A DNA stretch of 64,000 nt from an uncultured Chloroflexia bacterium (GCA_963825525.1 CAWGTN010000002.1:393021-457020); one strand, 5' to 3'; positions 34,918 through 45,751 are shown, counted from the stretch's first letter. A program made the numbers and translations. The notes: generated by a model not told the origin, from the letters alone.

Positions 34918-36255
34918 CTAGCCGATGGTGTCCACGCCCGGCGGCCCGCCGAGCAACCGACCGCGTACCCAGGCGGCGCGGACCATGTTCGGGTGGGGCC
35001 GGAAGATGAGGCGGCTGGCAAGCTCGTCCGCGTCGGTGGGCGGCTCGTCCCCGGGAAGTGGCGTGGTCAGGCGCGGGTCGATCGCGATCAGGTCCGCCTG
35101 CTTTCCGACCTCCAGTGATCCGATCTCGGACTCGAGCCCCAGGGCCGTGGCGCCACCCAGGCTCGCGACCCGGAGCCAGTCGAGGGGTCGGAATGCTCCC
35201 CCGCTCGATGCTCGGCCGGTGAGCTCAAGTACTCGTTGGGTCACCGCGCCGGCCCGCATGACGCTGAACATCGAGACCTCGGGTCCGCCCGCCACATCGC
35301 TCCCCAGCCCGAGCACCATCCCCGCCTCCCGGTAGGCGGCCAGCGGCATCATCCCGCTCGAGAGGAACAGGTTCGACGCCGGACAGTGAGCCACCCGCGA
35401 GTCGCTGTCCACCAGGCGCGCCACCTCGTCATCGGAAAGGTGGATGGCGTGCGCCAGGATGGCCCGGGGTCCGAGGCCGCCGGCACGCTCGTACACGTCG
35501 AGATAGTCGCGCGAGCCGGGAAACAGCCGAAGGACCTCTTGGATCTCACCGGCGTCCTCGGAGATGTGGGTCTGCCAGTACGCACCGTGGCGGGTCGCCA
35601 GCTCCGCCGACTCGCGGAGCATCTCGGCGGAGCACGACACCGCAAATCGCGGCGTGAAGGCATAGCGCAGGCGTCCGTCGTCCCGACCGTGCCACCTTGT
35701 TGCGAGGTCGTCGGATTGACGCAGGCTGGTCTCGAGGATGTCGCCAGCCCCTATTTCGGCGTCGTAGGTCAGCCGATCCATCATCACCTTGCCGATGACG
35801 GCGCGGATGCCGTGCTCCTCGGCGGCCTCGAACGCCGCGTCCGTCGAATCCGGCCAGAGGGCGGCATAGGCAACCACGGTGGTCGAGCCGGCGGCCGCGA
35901 AGGCGCGCCACGCTGCCGGGGCCTGCCGCTCGGCGACGGATCGGTCGTACGCTCGCTCGAGCGGGAAGATGTAGCGGTCGAGCCACGCCAGCAGATCCAG
36001 CCCGCTTCCCAGGCCGGCGTTGGGCAGCTGCGGCAGATGGGCATGGAGGTCGACGAGACCGGGCATGAGCACGAGTGGGCGCAGGTCGACCGCCTGCTCC
36101 GCGGCGCGTCCTGTCCAGGCACCAACGTGGGAGATCCGGCCGGCAGCATCGACCTCGATGAGGCCGTCCACCTCGTCGAGCAGACCGCCATCATCGCGCG
36201 GCGAGAGCAGCCGGGCGCGAAGCGCGAACGAGGGATTCGGCGGAAGTACCGTCAT
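34918..36255 (-). CDS. amidohydrolase family nucleobase deaminase (guanine/cytosine/SAH deaminase-like)
   Basis: Metal-ligand motif LVDLHAHLPQ; 445 aa. Confidence 0.85.
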   Translation of the reverse strand: MTVLPPNPSFALRARLLSPRDDGGLLDEVDGLIEVDAAGRISHVGAWTGRAAEQAVDLRPLVLMPGLVDLHAHLPQLPNAGLGSGLDLLAWLDRYIFPLERAYDRSVAERQAPAAWRAFAAAGSTTVVAYAALWPDSTDAAFEAAEEHGIRAVIGKVMMDRLTYDAEIGAGDILETSLRQSDDLATRWHGRDDGRLRYAFTPRFAVSCSAEMLRESAELATRHGAYWQTHISEDAGEIQEVLRLFPGSRDYLDVYERAGGLGPRAILAHAIHLSDDEVARLVDSDSRVAHCPASNLFLSSGMMPLAAYREAGMVLGLGSDVAGGPEVSMFSVMRAGAVTQRVLELTGRASSGGAFRPLDWLRVASLGGATALGLESEIGSLEVGKQADLIAIDPRLTTPLPGDEPPTDADELASRLIFRPHPNMVRAAWVRGRLLGGPPGVDTIG

Positions 36256-36317
36256 CGACGCCGATGCTACATGCCCGGAGCGAGTATCCTTCCGGTTCTA
36301 CCGTTAGGAGGCCTCTC

Positions 36318-36524
36318 ATGGCCAGTGGCAGCATCAAGAAGATCGTGGCCGATCGCGGCTTCGGCTTCATCACCGGCGAGGATGGCAAGGATTATTTCTT
36401 CCACCGCGACGGGCTCAGTGAGACGATCGACTTTGATCGTCTCGTCGGCGGCGAGGCAGTAACCTTCGACGTCGAGTCCAACCCGCGCGGTCCGCGCGCA
36501 GCGAACATCAAGGCCGCCGAGTAA
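36318..36524 (+). CDS. cold-shock protein (CspA family)
   Basis: AGGAGG at 36306; motifs KKIVADRGFGFI and DYFFH. Confidence 0.9.
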   Translation: MASGSIKKIVADRGFGFITGEDGKDYFFHRDGLSETIDFDRLVGGEAVTFDVESNPRGPRAANIKAAE

Positions 36525-36547
36525 CTCACTCGACTTCCTTGCGACAC

Positions 36548-36592
36548 GGCGGCTGACGACGTCCCTCGGGCGCTCGTCAGCCGCTTCGTCAT
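36548..36592 (+). terminator. putative hairpin terminator downstream of csp
   Basis: 11-bp stem gcggctgacga / tcgtcagccgc with a 14-nt loop, followed by ttcgtcat, which is only a weak U-tract. Confidence 0.4.
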
Positions 36593-36753
36593 ACATGCGG
36601 GCACGACAGACGCCCCATGCCGATCCGAATTCGTCTTGTGAGTGCGGATGGCGCGAACGTTGTGGTTCGTCAACCCGGGGTGGCCCGGAGCGCCGCGTCG
36701 GATGTCCGCCGTCTCCAGCGCGGCGCGACGGCCGACAGCTCGGGATCGAAGGA

Positions 36754-36830
<77 letters not shown>

Positions 36831-36861
36831 GACCGACGGCGGTCAGTATAGCGGCCACCGC

Positions 36862-37875
36862 TCAGCCGCCGGCAATGCCCCCGAGCTCGTCCTTCGTGCT
36901 GCGCGCCATGAGCTCCGCGACGGCGGCCATCGGTGCGCGGCCCTCGAACACCACGGCACGCACCTGCTGGGCGATCGGCATCTCCACGCCATGCTCGGCG
37001 GCGAGCTCCAGCGTGCCGGCGAGGGTCGCGACGCCCTCCGCCACTCCGGTGAGGTGCTCCCCCGCCTCGGGCCACGGGATGCCGGACGCGATGAGCTCAC
37101 CGGCCCTCCGGTTCCGTGACAGAGGCGACATGCAGGTCGCGATGAGGTCACCCACCCCGGCCAGCCCGGCAAACGTGAGGGGGTGCGCGCCGGCCGCGAC
37201 GCCGAGACGGGTCATCTCAGCCAGGCCCCGGGTGATGATCCCCGCCTTGGCCGAGTCGCCGAACTCGAGTCCATCGACCATGCCGGCGGCGAGGGCGACG
37301 ACGTTCTTCAGCGCACCGCACAGCTCGACCCCCACCATGTCGGGGTTGGTGTAGATCCGGAACCGATCGGACGAGAGGAGCGCGGCCACGTCCGCGGCCA
37401 GCTCGGCATCATCGGAGGCAACCACCGAGCCCGCCGGCTTTCCGGCGCCGATCTCCCGCGCCAGGTTCGGGCCCGACAGTGCTGCCACTCGTCGACCCGG
37501 CAGCACCTGTTCGATGACCTGGGTCATCCGCAGATGCGTCCCCTCCTCGATGCCCTTGACCACCGAGACGATCGCGGCATCGGGGTCCAACAGAGAGCCG
37601 ATCGCCTCGAGAGTCGTGCGCACATGAGCTGATGGGACCGCGAGCACGTACAGGCGGTGCGGCTCCGACAGGAACGCATCGTCGGTCACGATCCGCACGT
37701 TCGGTGGAAACACGACACCCGGCAGATAGCGCTCGTTGGAGCGGGAGTGCGCGAGCCGTTCGGCAGCCTCCGTGGTGTGCGCCCGCAGGCTCACCGGCCG
37801 CTGGGCATCGGCCAGCAGGACGGCCAGGGTGGTGCCCCAGGCACCTGCGCCGATGATTCCGATCTGGTCACTCAT
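36862..37875 (-). CDS. gpsA: NAD(P)H-dependent glycerol-3-phosphate dehydrogenase
   Basis: ATG at 37875 with GAGGAT upstream; Rossmann motif [14 protein letters not shown]. The in-frame 5' extension is nonsense. Confidence 0.9.
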   Translation of the reverse strand: MSDQIGIIGAGAWGTTLAVLLADAQRPVSLRAHTTEAAERLAHSRSNERYLPGVVFPPNVRIVTDDAFLSEPHRLYVLAVPSAHVRTTLEAIGSLLDPDAAIVSVVKGIEEGTHLRMTQVIEQVLPGRRVAALSGPNLAREIGAGKPAGSVVASDDAELAADVAALLSSDRFRIYTNPDMVGVELCGALKNVVALAAGMVDGLEFGDSAKAGIITRGLAEMTRLGVAAGAHPLTFAGLAGVGDLIATCMSPLSRNRRAGELIASGIPWPEAGEHLTGVAEGVATLAGTLELAAEHGVEMPIAQQVRAVVFEGRAPMAAVAELMARSTKDELGGIAGG

Positions 37876-37885
37876 GGCTGCATCC

Positions 37886-39349
37886 TCACCGCCGCCGGTT
37901 CGTCGCTCGCTTTCGCGGTCGCACGGACTTCCGCGCCGCCTCCTCCGACTCCCGCTTGCGCAGGATGAGCCGGATCGGCGTGCCCAGGAAGCCGAACTTC
38001 TCGCGAACCTGGTTCTCGAGGTAGCGCTTGTAGCTGAAGTGGACGATCTCCGGGTCGTTGCAGAAGACCACGAAGGTCGGTGGCGCAACGCCCACCTGGG
38101 TCGCATAGAAGATCTTCGGCAGCCGATTCCGCACGTGCGACGGCGGATGCGCTCGGACAGCATCCATGATGAGCCGATTCAGCTCGCCCGTCGGAACGCG
38201 CCGATACCGCTCCTCGGCCACGCGCAGCGCCTCGCGGAGGATTCGCTCGAGTCGCTGTCCGGTCAGTGCCGAACCGAACACGATGTCCGCCCAGGCCAGG
38301 TACGGCGCGTCGCGACGGAGTCGCTTCATCCAGCGGTCGGCGGTGTTCTCGTCCTTCTCCACCGCGTCCCACTTGTTGAGGACCAGGACGATCCCCTTGT
38401 GCGCCTCGAGGACGTAGCCGACCACGTGGGCGTCCTGCGCGGTGTACCCCTCGATCGCGTCGATCATGACCACGGCCACGTCCGCCGAGTCGATGGCCTT
38501 CATGCTGCGCAGCACGCTGTAGCGCTCGATCCCGCGGTCGATGGAGCCACGGCGTCGGATGCCGGCCGTATCCACCAGCACGAGCGGCTGTCCGTCGAGC
38601 TCGATGGCCGTGTCGATCGGGTCGCGGGTGGTGCCCGGCGTATCCGAGACGATCATGCGCTCCGAGCCGAACACGCGGTTCACGAACGTCGACTTGCCCG
38701 TGTTCGGCCGTCCCACGATGGCGATCCGCGGCGCGCCGAGTTCCGTCTCGGCCAGCTCCGCCATCTCTTCCTCGGTCATGTCCTCCGGCTCGAGGATCAC
38801 GGCATCCTCGGCTTCGGTCTTCGGCGGAAGGCCCTCGACGATGAGGTCGGCCAGGTCGCCGGTATTGCGCCCGTGCTGCGCGCTGACCGTGATGGCAGGA
38901 TCGAATCCCAGGGCGTAGAACTCGACCGCATCGGCCTCGCGCGCCGGGTTGTCGCCCTTGTTGATGACCAGGATCACCGGCGCCTCGGCTCGGCGCAGGC
39001 GATCGGCCACGTCGTGGTCGAGAGGTGCAAGTCCGACATGGGCGTCGACCACGAAGAGGATGAGATCGGCTTCCTCGACCGCCACGCGCGCCTGGTCCTG
39101 CACCCGCTCCTCGATGTGCGTCCCGGGCTCGAGCTCCAGGCCCCCGGTGTCGACGACCGTGAAGGTCCGGCCATTCCATTCGGCCGTCCCGTAGACGCGG
39201 TCGCGAGTCGTGCCGGAGACGTCGGAGATGATCGCCACGCGCTCGCCGATCAGCCGGTTGAAGAGCGTGCTCTTGCCGACGTTCGGGCGACCGACGATGG
39301 CGACCACGGGAAGGGAGGACATCGACTGAGTGTAGCGGCGTGTCGCCAT
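37886..39349 (-). CDS. der: ribosome biogenesis GTPase Der (EngA), tandem GTPase domains + KH-like C-terminus
   Basis: Two G1 boxes, GRPNVGKST and GRPNTGKST. The start may be Met10 at 39322. Confidence 0.9.
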   Translation of the reverse strand: MATRRYTQSMSSLPVVAIVGRPNVGKSTLFNRLIGERVAIISDVSGTTRDRVYGTAEWNGRTFTVVDTGGLELEPGTHIEERVQDQARVAVEEADLILFVVDAHVGLAPLDHDVADRLRRAEAPVILVINKGDNPAREADAVEFYALGFDPAITVSAQHGRNTGDLADLIVEGLPPKTEAEDAVILEPEDMTEEEMAELAETELGAPRIAIVGRPNTGKSTFVNRVFGSERMIVSDTPGTTRDPIDTAIELDGQPLVLVDTAGIRRRGSIDRGIERYSVLRSMKAIDSADVAVVMIDAIEGYTAQDAHVVGYVLEAHKGIVLVLNKWDAVEKDENTADRWMKRLRRDAPYLAWADIVFGSALTGQRLERILREALRVAEERYRRVPTGELNRLIMDAVRAHPPSHVRNRLPKIFYATQVGVAPPTFVVFCNDPEIVHFSYKRYLENQVREKFGFLGTPIRLILRKRESEEAARKSVRPRKRATNRRR

Positions 39350-39409
39350 GGCATCGGACGATGGTCCCGGAGGCTACGACGGGCGGACGCCGCGCATTAG
39401 GATCAGGCC

Positions 39410-40675
39410 ATGAGGATCGGGTTCGTCGCCACGAGACTGTTCGGCGTCGACGGGGTGACCTTCGAAGCCGCGAAGTGGGAGGCCGTGCTCGGGCGCATGG
39501 GCCACGAGATGCGCCTGCTGGCGGGCGAGGTGGACGCACTCCGGCCGAACGCCACGATGGTGCCCCCGATGCACTTTGCCTATCCACCCGCCGCTCGTGT
39601 CACCGCCGCCGCATTCGACCCGGCCAGCGATCCCGACGCGGTGCGTGCCGAGATCCAGCGGCTCGCCAACCAGCTCCTGCCGGTACTGCACAGCTGGGTT
39701 CAGGTCCAGCACATCGAGCTGCTGGTGATCGAGAACGCCTGGGCCATCCCGATGCACCTTCCACTCGGCGTTGCGCTGCGACGGCTCGTCGAAGAGACGG
39801 GTCTTCCGGCGATCGGCCACCACCACGACTACTGGTGGGAGCGGGAACGGTTCGCAGGCTGCGTGGTTCCGGAGGTGCTCGAGGCGGCGTTTCCTCCGGC
39901 CATGCCCGGCGTCCGTCACGTCAGCATCAACAGCCTGGCGGCCGATCAACTGCGCCGGCGTCGAGGCATCGCGTCCTCGGTTGTGCCGAATGTCTTCGAC
40001 TTCGCAATGGGCCGACCGCGCCCGCATCCCGCCGTCCGTCGTCAGTTGCGTGCCGAGCTCGGCATGGGCGAGCGAGGCGTGCTCGTCGTTCAGCCGACGC
40101 GGGTCGTGCCGCGCAAGGGCATCGAGCTTGCGATCGAGCTCGTCGGACGCCTGCGCGATCGGCACGCCGTGCTTCTGATCACGAGTCCGGCCGGCGACGA
40201 GGGCCTCGACTACCTCGTTGAGCTCGAGCGCCGGGCCGATGGCGCGGGGGTGCGCCTGCGCTACGCGGCGGATCGGTTCACGCCTGACTTCGAGGGTCAG
40301 CCACTCCGACCGGCCCATTCGCTCCACGACGCCTACCTGGCCGCGGATCTCATCACCTACCCGTCGCTGTACGAGGGGTACGGCAATGCGCTGGTGGAGG
40401 CGATCTACTACGGGAAGCCGACCGTCGTGAATCGCTACAGCGTCTATGAGGCCGACATCCGGCCCCTCGGCTTTCGGCTCATCGAGATCGATGGCGCAAT
40501 CAGTGCCGACACCGTCAGCGAGGTCCGAGCCACGCTGGCGGACCCGCGCCGCCAGGCGAGGGTCGCCCGCAAGAACTTCGAGATCGGCAGGCGCCACCTC
40601 TCGTACGAGGTCCTTCGAAGCCGCCTGCGACGCTACATCGGCAAGCTGACCGAGACACGGGAGCAACCAGGATGA
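39410..40675 (+). CDS. glycosyltransferase, GT-B fold (family 4-like)
   Basis: C-terminal motif YPSLYEGYGNALVEAIYYGKPTV. Confidence 0.8.
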   Translation: MRIGFVATRLFGVDGVTFEAAKWEAVLGRMGHEMRLLAGEVDALRPNATMVPPMHFAYPPAARVTAAAFDPASDPDAVRAEIQRLANQLLPVLHSWVQVQHIELLVIENAWAIPMHLPLGVALRRLVEETGLPAIGHHHDYWWERERFAGCVVPEVLEAAFPPAMPGVRHVSINSLAADQLRRRRGIASSVVPNVFDFAMGRPRPHPAVRRQLRAELGMGERGVLVVQPTRVVPRKGIELAIELVGRLRDRHAVLLITSPAGDEGLDYLVELERRADGAGVRLRYAADRFTPDFEGQPLRPAHSLHDAYLAADLITYPSLYEGYGNALVEAIYYGKPTVVNRYSVYEADIRPLGFRLIEIDGAISADTVSEVRATLADPRRQARVARKNFEIGRRHLSYEVLRSRLRRYIGKLTETREQPG

Positions 40676-40687
40676 CCTGAGGCCCGC

Positions 40688-41569
40688 TCAGGCTGTCAGC
40701 GCGAAGACCCGTTCCCGGATTTCCTCGAGGTCAACCTCCGGCGTGGATGTGCCGCCGGTGATGCCGATGCGGGCCTTGCCCTGCAGCCAGCCGGCGTGCT
40801 CGGCGGCGAGCTCATCGGCATCGGCGACGTGAACCGTATCGGGCAGGATCTCGCGGCATTTCACGGCGAGCTCCTTGGTGTTCGAGCTGTTCTTGCCGCC
40901 GACCACGATCATGGCGTCGACCTCCTTGGCGAGCGCCACAGAGTCGTCCTGGCGCGTGAGCGTCACGGGGCAGACGGTATTCACCACCCGCAGGTCGTGG
41001 GCGCGGCGCAGGCAGAACGCGGCGAACTCTTCGAGCTTCTGCGGCAGGATCGTCGACTGGCTCAGCACGCCGATCTTCTTGGTGCGTGGCACGCGCTCCC
41101 AGGTGGATCGGTCCATGTCATCCACGACGACGTGCTTCTCGCCGGCGTAGGAGCGGACGCCCTTGACCTCCGGATGATCCTCGTGGCCGATGATGCAGAC
41201 CGTGTAGCCGGCCTCCGCAAGCTCCCGGGCCGCTTTCTGCGACTGGAGAACCCAGGTGCAGGTGGCATCGATGACCTCGAGGCTCCCCTTGCCCTTCACC
41301 GTCTCGAACTCGGACTTCGGCACGCCATGGGCACGGATGACGAGGGTGCCACCCTCGACCTGGTCGGCGAGGTCGGCGGTGCGGATGCCGCGGTCCGATA
41401 GATCGGCCTTGATACCGGGGTTGTGTACCAGCTGGCCGAGGGTGGTCACGTCCTTCCCCTCGCTTCGGGCGTGCTTGGCCTTGTCGATCGCCAGCCGCAC
41501 GCCGTAGCAGAAGCCGGCGCGCTCGGCGATGCGAACGTCGGGTCGGGTGGCCGTGGTCATGACATCCAT
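40688..41569 (-). CDS. ispH: 4-hydroxy-3-methylbut-2-enyl diphosphate reductase
   Basis: Motifs RAGFCYGV, ...HNP... and ...TVCPVT...; the start is Met42/Met45 of the ORF. Confidence 0.9.
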   Translation of the reverse strand: MDVMTTATRPDVRIAERAGFCYGVRLAIDKAKHARSEGKDVTTLGQLVHNPGIKADLSDRGIRTADLADQVEGGTLVIRAHGVPKSEFETVKGKGSLEVIDATCTWVLQSQKAARELAEAGYTVCIIGHEDHPEVKGVRSYAGEKHVVVDDMDRSTWERVPRTKKIGVLSQSTILPQKLEEFAAFCLRRAHDLRVVNTVCPVTLTRQDDSVALAKEVDAMIVVGGKNSSNTKELAVKCREILPDTVHVADADELAAEHAGWLQGKARIGITGGTSTPEVDLEEIRERVFALTA

Positions 41570-41667
41570 TCTAGAAGGGATACGACGCAGGTTCCGTACC
41601 GGCATCATGTGAATGACGGCGGCCCACCGTAGGATGGGTGTTACCCACCGTACTGGAGATGTTGCAA

Positions 41668-41868
41668 ATGTCCGGACACCACAACGAATCACCCCTCGAA
41701 ATGGCCGAGGATCTCCCGGCCGAGACGTTCATCGCCGCGACCGGCCTGTCCATCGCACTGTCGCTCGTGCTCTATGCCACCGGCCGCAAGCAGGCGGCGC
41801 AGTTCGTCGGCCTCTGGGCACCGACGATCATCAACCTCGGCCTGTTCCTGAAGCTCATCCGCAGGTAG
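41668..41868 (+). CDS. small membrane protein, hypothetical
   Basis: ATG at 41668 with GGAG 9 nt upstream; two hydrophobic helices. Confidence 0.45.
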   Translation: MSGHHNESPLEMAEDLPAETFIAATGLSIALSLVLYATGRKQAAQFVGLWAPTIINLGLFLKLIRR

Positions 41869-41876
41869 CCGTCGGG

Positions 41877-42515
41877 CTACTGCTGGGCCGGGGGGAGCAG
41901 CGCCCGCACTGCGGCGTGCATCCGGGCCGTTGCCTGCTCGAGGGCCTCGCGGTCGATACGTCCCGATGGCTGATGTGGAAGGGTGATCGGTTCCCCGATC
42001 CGCACGGTCAGGCGGGTCGCGTGAGGGATGCGGGAGCCGTCGGGGAAGAGCCGGTGTGATCCGGCGATCGCGACCGGCAGCACCGGAGCACCGGACCGGA
42101 TGGCGAGGAACGCTGCCCCGGACTTGAACTCCTTCAGGTGGCCGTTTCTTGATCGCGTGCCCTCCGCGAAGATCGCGATCGGGCGGCCGGAGGCCAATGT
42201 CTCGAGGCTGAAGCGCTGCGCGTTTCGGTCGCCTTCCCCACGCCGCACGAAATACGTGCCTGACTGGGTCGCCAGCCAGCCGATGAAGAACCAGCTGCGC
42301 ATCTCGATCTTGGCCATGAAGTGAATCACGCGCCCCACCTGGTGGCCGGTCGCCCAGCCGATGAAGGGCGGATCCAGGTTCGAGCAGTGGTTCGACACCA
42401 GGATGAACGACCCCGTGCGCGGCACGTGCTCGACTCCCTCTGCCCGCAGTCCCCACAGCAGGCGCGCCGCCCCAGCGATGAGTGCCGCACCGGGATGGAA
42501 GAACCAGCTACGCAT
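41877..42515 (-). CDS. plsC: 1-acyl-sn-glycerol-3-phosphate acyltransferase
   Basis: Motifs NHCSNLD (HX4D) and FAEGTRS; ATG at 42515. Confidence 0.85.
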   Translation of the reverse strand: MRSWFFHPGAALIAGAARLLWGLRAEGVEHVPRTGSFILVSNHCSNLDPPFIGWATGHQVGRVIHFMAKIEMRSWFFIGWLATQSGTYFVRRGEGDRNAQRFSLETLASGRPIAIFAEGTRSRNGHLKEFKSGAAFLAIRSGAPVLPVAIAGSHRLFPDGSRIPHATRLTVRIGEPITLPHQPSGRIDREALEQATARMHAAVRALLPPAQQ

Positions 42516-43183
42516 CGAGCTCCTCCAGGCGAGCCACCATGGCGTCGACGCATTGGGTGACGTCCAGCCGGCCCGTGTCAAGCACCAGGGCATTCGGAGG
42601 AACGCGAAGCGGGGCCACGGCTCGCTCCGAGTCCGCCGCGTCGCGGTCCCGAATCTCGGCCAGGTATGCGGCGACGCGATCCGGACGCCCCATCTCGTTC
42701 GCACGACGCGCGGCGCGGACCTCGGCATCGGCTGTCAGGAACACCTTGAGCGTCGCTTCGGGCAGCACCACGGTGCCGATGTCGCGCCCGACCATGACCA
42801 CGTCGCCGCGCATGCGCCGTCGCTCGCTGGACGCCGAGCATCGCCTCGCGAACCTCCGCGTGCCGGCTCACCGCACTGACGGCCCGGTCCACGGGTGGGG
42901 TGCGGACCTCGAGCGTCACGTCGCGCCCCTCCAGCCGCACCGTCTCGAGACGGTCCACCTGGTGGGCTGCGGGCTTCTCGACCGCGATCGCGCAGTCATT
43001 GGCGAGCCGTCCGAGTGCCGCGCCGTCATGCAGGTCAACCCCGCGCTCGAGAGCGGCGAGCGTCAGGGCCCGGTACATGAGCCCGGTGTCGACGAACGTG
43101 GCGTCGATGCGGCGCGCGAGCGCATGGCCCACCGTGCTCTTGCCTGCACCCGACGGGCCGTCGACGGCGATCGCCCGGCTCAT
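42508..43183 (-). CDS. cmk: cytidylate kinase; apparent 1-nt frameshift near 42800-42840
   Basis: N-terminal half MSRAIAVDGPSGAGKSTV...REAMLGVQR is in ORF 42578..43183. C-terminal half RGDVVMVGRDIGTVVLPEATLKVFLTA... is in ORF 42508..42813 in the +1 frame. Confidence 0.85.
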
Positions 43184-43926
43184 CGGCGCCGAGCGCCGGA
43201 GAGCGACGCCACCTCGTCCGGCCTGAGGTCACGCCACTGCCCTGACGAGAGGCCGCTGAGGCGCAGCGGACCGATCCCGATGCGGACCAGCCGATCCACG
43301 CCGGCGTCGAGGGCGGCGAACAGGCGCCGGACCTCTCGCTTCCTGCCCTCGCCGATGCGGACCTGGAGCCAGGCTCCCGATTCATCCCGCTCGCGCTCCA
43401 CCTCCCGCGGCGGCAGAGCGTACTTCGCATCGAGCACGTGGGCAGGGCCGTCATCAAGCTCCACGCCGACGCGGAGACGCTGGAGGTCCTCGCGGCTCGG
43501 GGGCGGATGCACCAGGACCGCGTACTCGCGAATCGTGCCGTAGCGCGGATGGAGAATGCGATTCGCCCACTCCCCGTCATTCGTCAGGATCATCAGGCCC
43601 TCCGAATCAACATCCAGCCGTCCGGCCGGCCACAGACGTTCCCCGCCGGTGTCGACGAGCGACACGACCGAGCGACGCCCGCGCTCGTCGAAGGCGGAGC
43701 TGAGGAAGCCTCGCGGCTTGTGAATGGCCAGGTGAACAGCCCGACCGGCCGTCGGCAGGCGCTGGCCGTCAACCTCGACGCTGTCGACTGCGGGATCCGC
43801 CGATTGGCCGATCTGCGCGACCGTCCCATTGACTCGAACGCGGCCGTCCACGATGAGCTGCTCAGCCCCACGCCGCGAGGCAAGCCCGGCGCGCGCGATG
43901 AGCTTCTGAAGGCGCTCAGTCGCCAT
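43180..43926 (-). CDS. rRNA pseudouridine synthase (RsuA/RluB family) with S4 domain
   Basis: S4 domain RLQKLIARAGLASRR; catalytic motif HLAIHKPRG. Confidence 0.85.
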   Translation of the reverse strand: MATERLQKLIARAGLASRRGAEQLIVDGRVRVNGTVAQIGQSADPAVDSVEVDGQRLPTAGRAVHLAIHKPRGFLSSAFDERGRRSVVSLVDTGGERLWPAGRLDVDSEGLMILTNDGEWANRILHPRYGTIREYAVLVHPPPSREDLQRLRVGVELDDGPAHVLDAKYALPPREVERERDESGAWLQVRIGEGRKREVRRLFAALDAGVDRLVRIGIGPLRLSGLSSGQWRDLRPDEVASLSGARRR

Positions 43927-44488
43927 CGGCCGAGACGGGCACTTCGGTGAGGGCGGCGAGCTGCGCCGCGTCGGATGAGAGCGGCGGCAGGTCCTCGAGC
44001 GACGTGAGGCCGAACCGCTCGAGGAATGTGAACGTGGTGCCGAACAGCACGGGCCGGCCGGGCGTGTCGCGGCGACCCACCTCGACCACCAGCCGCCGAT
44101 GCATGAGCGAGCGAATCACGTAGTCCGAGTCGACACCGCGGACGCGCTCCACGTCGGCGCGGGTGCACGGCTGGCGGTAGGCGACGACGGCGAGCGCCTC
44201 GAGGGACGCCGGCGACAGACGAGCCTCCTCGCGCGCGGCGTAGGCGGCAAGCCGGGCGCCGACCTCCGGCGCGGTCACGAGCTGCCACGCATCGTCGTGA
44301 TGCTGAAGCCGAATCCCCCGCTCGTCCTCGTCGAGGCGCTCGGCCAATGCGGCGAGCGCCGCCTCGGCCTGCAGCCGCGGGACCTCGGCCAGGTCGCCGA
44401 GCTCGGCAGAGCTCAGCGGTCGCTCGGCGATGAAGAGCAGCGCCTCGAGGAACACGCCGAGCTCGTGCGGCATTCCGTCGTCACTCAT
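43916..44488 (-). CDS. scpB: segregation and condensation protein B
   Basis: 190 aa, located downstream of scpA. Confidence 0.85.
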   Translation of the reverse strand: MSDDGMPHELGVFLEALLFIAERPLSSAELGDLAEVPRLQAEAALAALAERLDEDERGIRLQHHDDAWQLVTAPEVGARLAAYAAREEARLSPASLEALAVVAYRQPCTRADVERVRGVDSDYVIRSLMHRRLVVEVGRRDTPGRPVLFGTTFTFLERFGLTSLEDLPPLSSDAAQLAALTEVPVSADGD

Positions 44489-45279
44489 CGGCTCACCTCG
44501 GGCGCCATCTCGATGAGGATCGTGCCGAAGATGTCGTCCTGGTGGGCGGTCACCTGCCTGCGCCGGACGAGCTCGAGGGTGGCGAGGAAGGTGACGGCCG
44601 CCTCGGTGCGCGAGTGGCAGCGAGAGAGGATCGACTGCAGGATGACGCGGCCCCCCCGTCGCAGGGCCGCCCGCAGGACCTCGATCTGCTGGCCGATGGT
44701 GACCTCGCGCGCAACGATCTCGGGTGGCGGTGCCACCGGCTCGGGGATTGCGGCCAGCGTCTCGAGTGCGGCAACCAGCACGCCGACCGGAAGGGGCTCG
44801 GATGGGGCCTCGGGCAGATCGGACTCGCGCGGCTCGCGACGCATGACCGGCGCGACGCCGTCCCTCGCCCCGAGTGCGACCGCCGCGTCACGAAGGGCCC
44901 GGTATTCCAGGATTCGGCGACGGAGCTCGTCCTCATCGGGCTCGTCGAGTCCCTCGGGGATGGCAGGAAGCGGCTCGGCCGGCAGCATCCGCTTCGATTT
45001 CAAGAGAATGAGCTGGGCCGCAATCGCCACGAACTCGGACAGGTTGGCCGCGTCCACCGGATGCCGCGTCAGGTGCTCCACGTACGCGTCGGCGACGTCG
45101 GCCAGCGGGACGGAGAGGATGTCGAGCTGGCGCGATTCGATGAGATGCAGGAGGAGCTGCAGAGGTCCCTCGAAGACCGGCAGCGCGATCGAAAACTCGC
45201 CGTCGCCGACAGATACCGCCACCGGGACCTGCGGCTCGACCGGGATGGCGCGACGCGAGGTTCCGTCAGCTGGCGTCAT
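44485..45279 (-). CDS. scpA: segregation and condensation protein A
   Basis: ATG at 45279; motif LQLLLHLIESRQLDILSVPLADVADAY. Confidence 0.85.
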   Translation of the reverse strand: MTPADGTSRRAIPVEPQVPVAVSVGDGEFSIALPVFEGPLQLLLHLIESRQLDILSVPLADVADAYVEHLTRHPVDAANLSEFVAIAAQLILLKSKRMLPAEPLPAIPEGLDEPDEDELRRRILEYRALRDAAVALGARDGVAPVMRREPRESDLPEAPSEPLPVGVLVAALETLAAIPEPVAPPPEIVAREVTIGQQIEVLRAALRRGGRVILQSILSRCHSRTEAAVTFLATLELVRRRQVTAHQDDIFGTILIEMAPEVSR

Positions 45280-45751
45280 CGGCCAGGCGCAGTGCGCGTA
45301 GCAGGGGCTCGTCCACGTCGGACACGGTACCGCGGATGAACCCGGACGCGCGCGGCCCACAGCCCGCGCTGCTCGCCAGGTCAGCCGACAGGGCGTCGTG
45401 GTTGAGATACAGCTCGAATCCGTAACGCCAGGAGGCCGGATCGTCGTGCGCCAGCCGCCGGAGAAGCGAGGGCGCCGCAGCCTCGAGCAGCACCCCGACA
45501 ACCCTGTGCCAGAGCCGCATGCGATGTCCCTTGGCGGCATCGTGGAGAAGAGCCGCGGCCAGCAGGTCCGGATCGTCGTGGCCGGCACGCCGCAGCCTGG
45601 CGGCGACGTCCAGTGCATGGCGCCGGTCTGCGACCGGCATCCCCTCGAAGATGGCGGCGGCCCGATCGGGCAGTGCGCGTCGCACGAGGAGCGACTCCTC
45701 CGGTTCCACCCGCGCCCGCACGTGGGCGATGAACTGCCCGACCCTATGCAC
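45266..45751 (-). CDS. HD-domain-like hypothetical protein
   Basis: Motif LLHDAAKG. Confidence 0.55.
   Translation of the reverse strand: MHRVGQFIAHVRARVEPEESLLVRRALPDRAAAIFEGMPVADRRHALDVAARLRRAGHDDPDLLAAALLHDAAKGHRMRLWHRVVGVLLEAAAPSLLRRLAHDDPASWRYGFELYLNHDALSADLASSAGCGPRASGFIRGTVSDVDEPLLRALRLADDAS

Noticed and set aside
42508-42813. Stand-alone 101-aa ORF and 201-aa ORF as two separate genes
   Set aside because: Together they reconstruct a full-length cytidylate kinase, so they are one gene split by a frame error rather than two genes.
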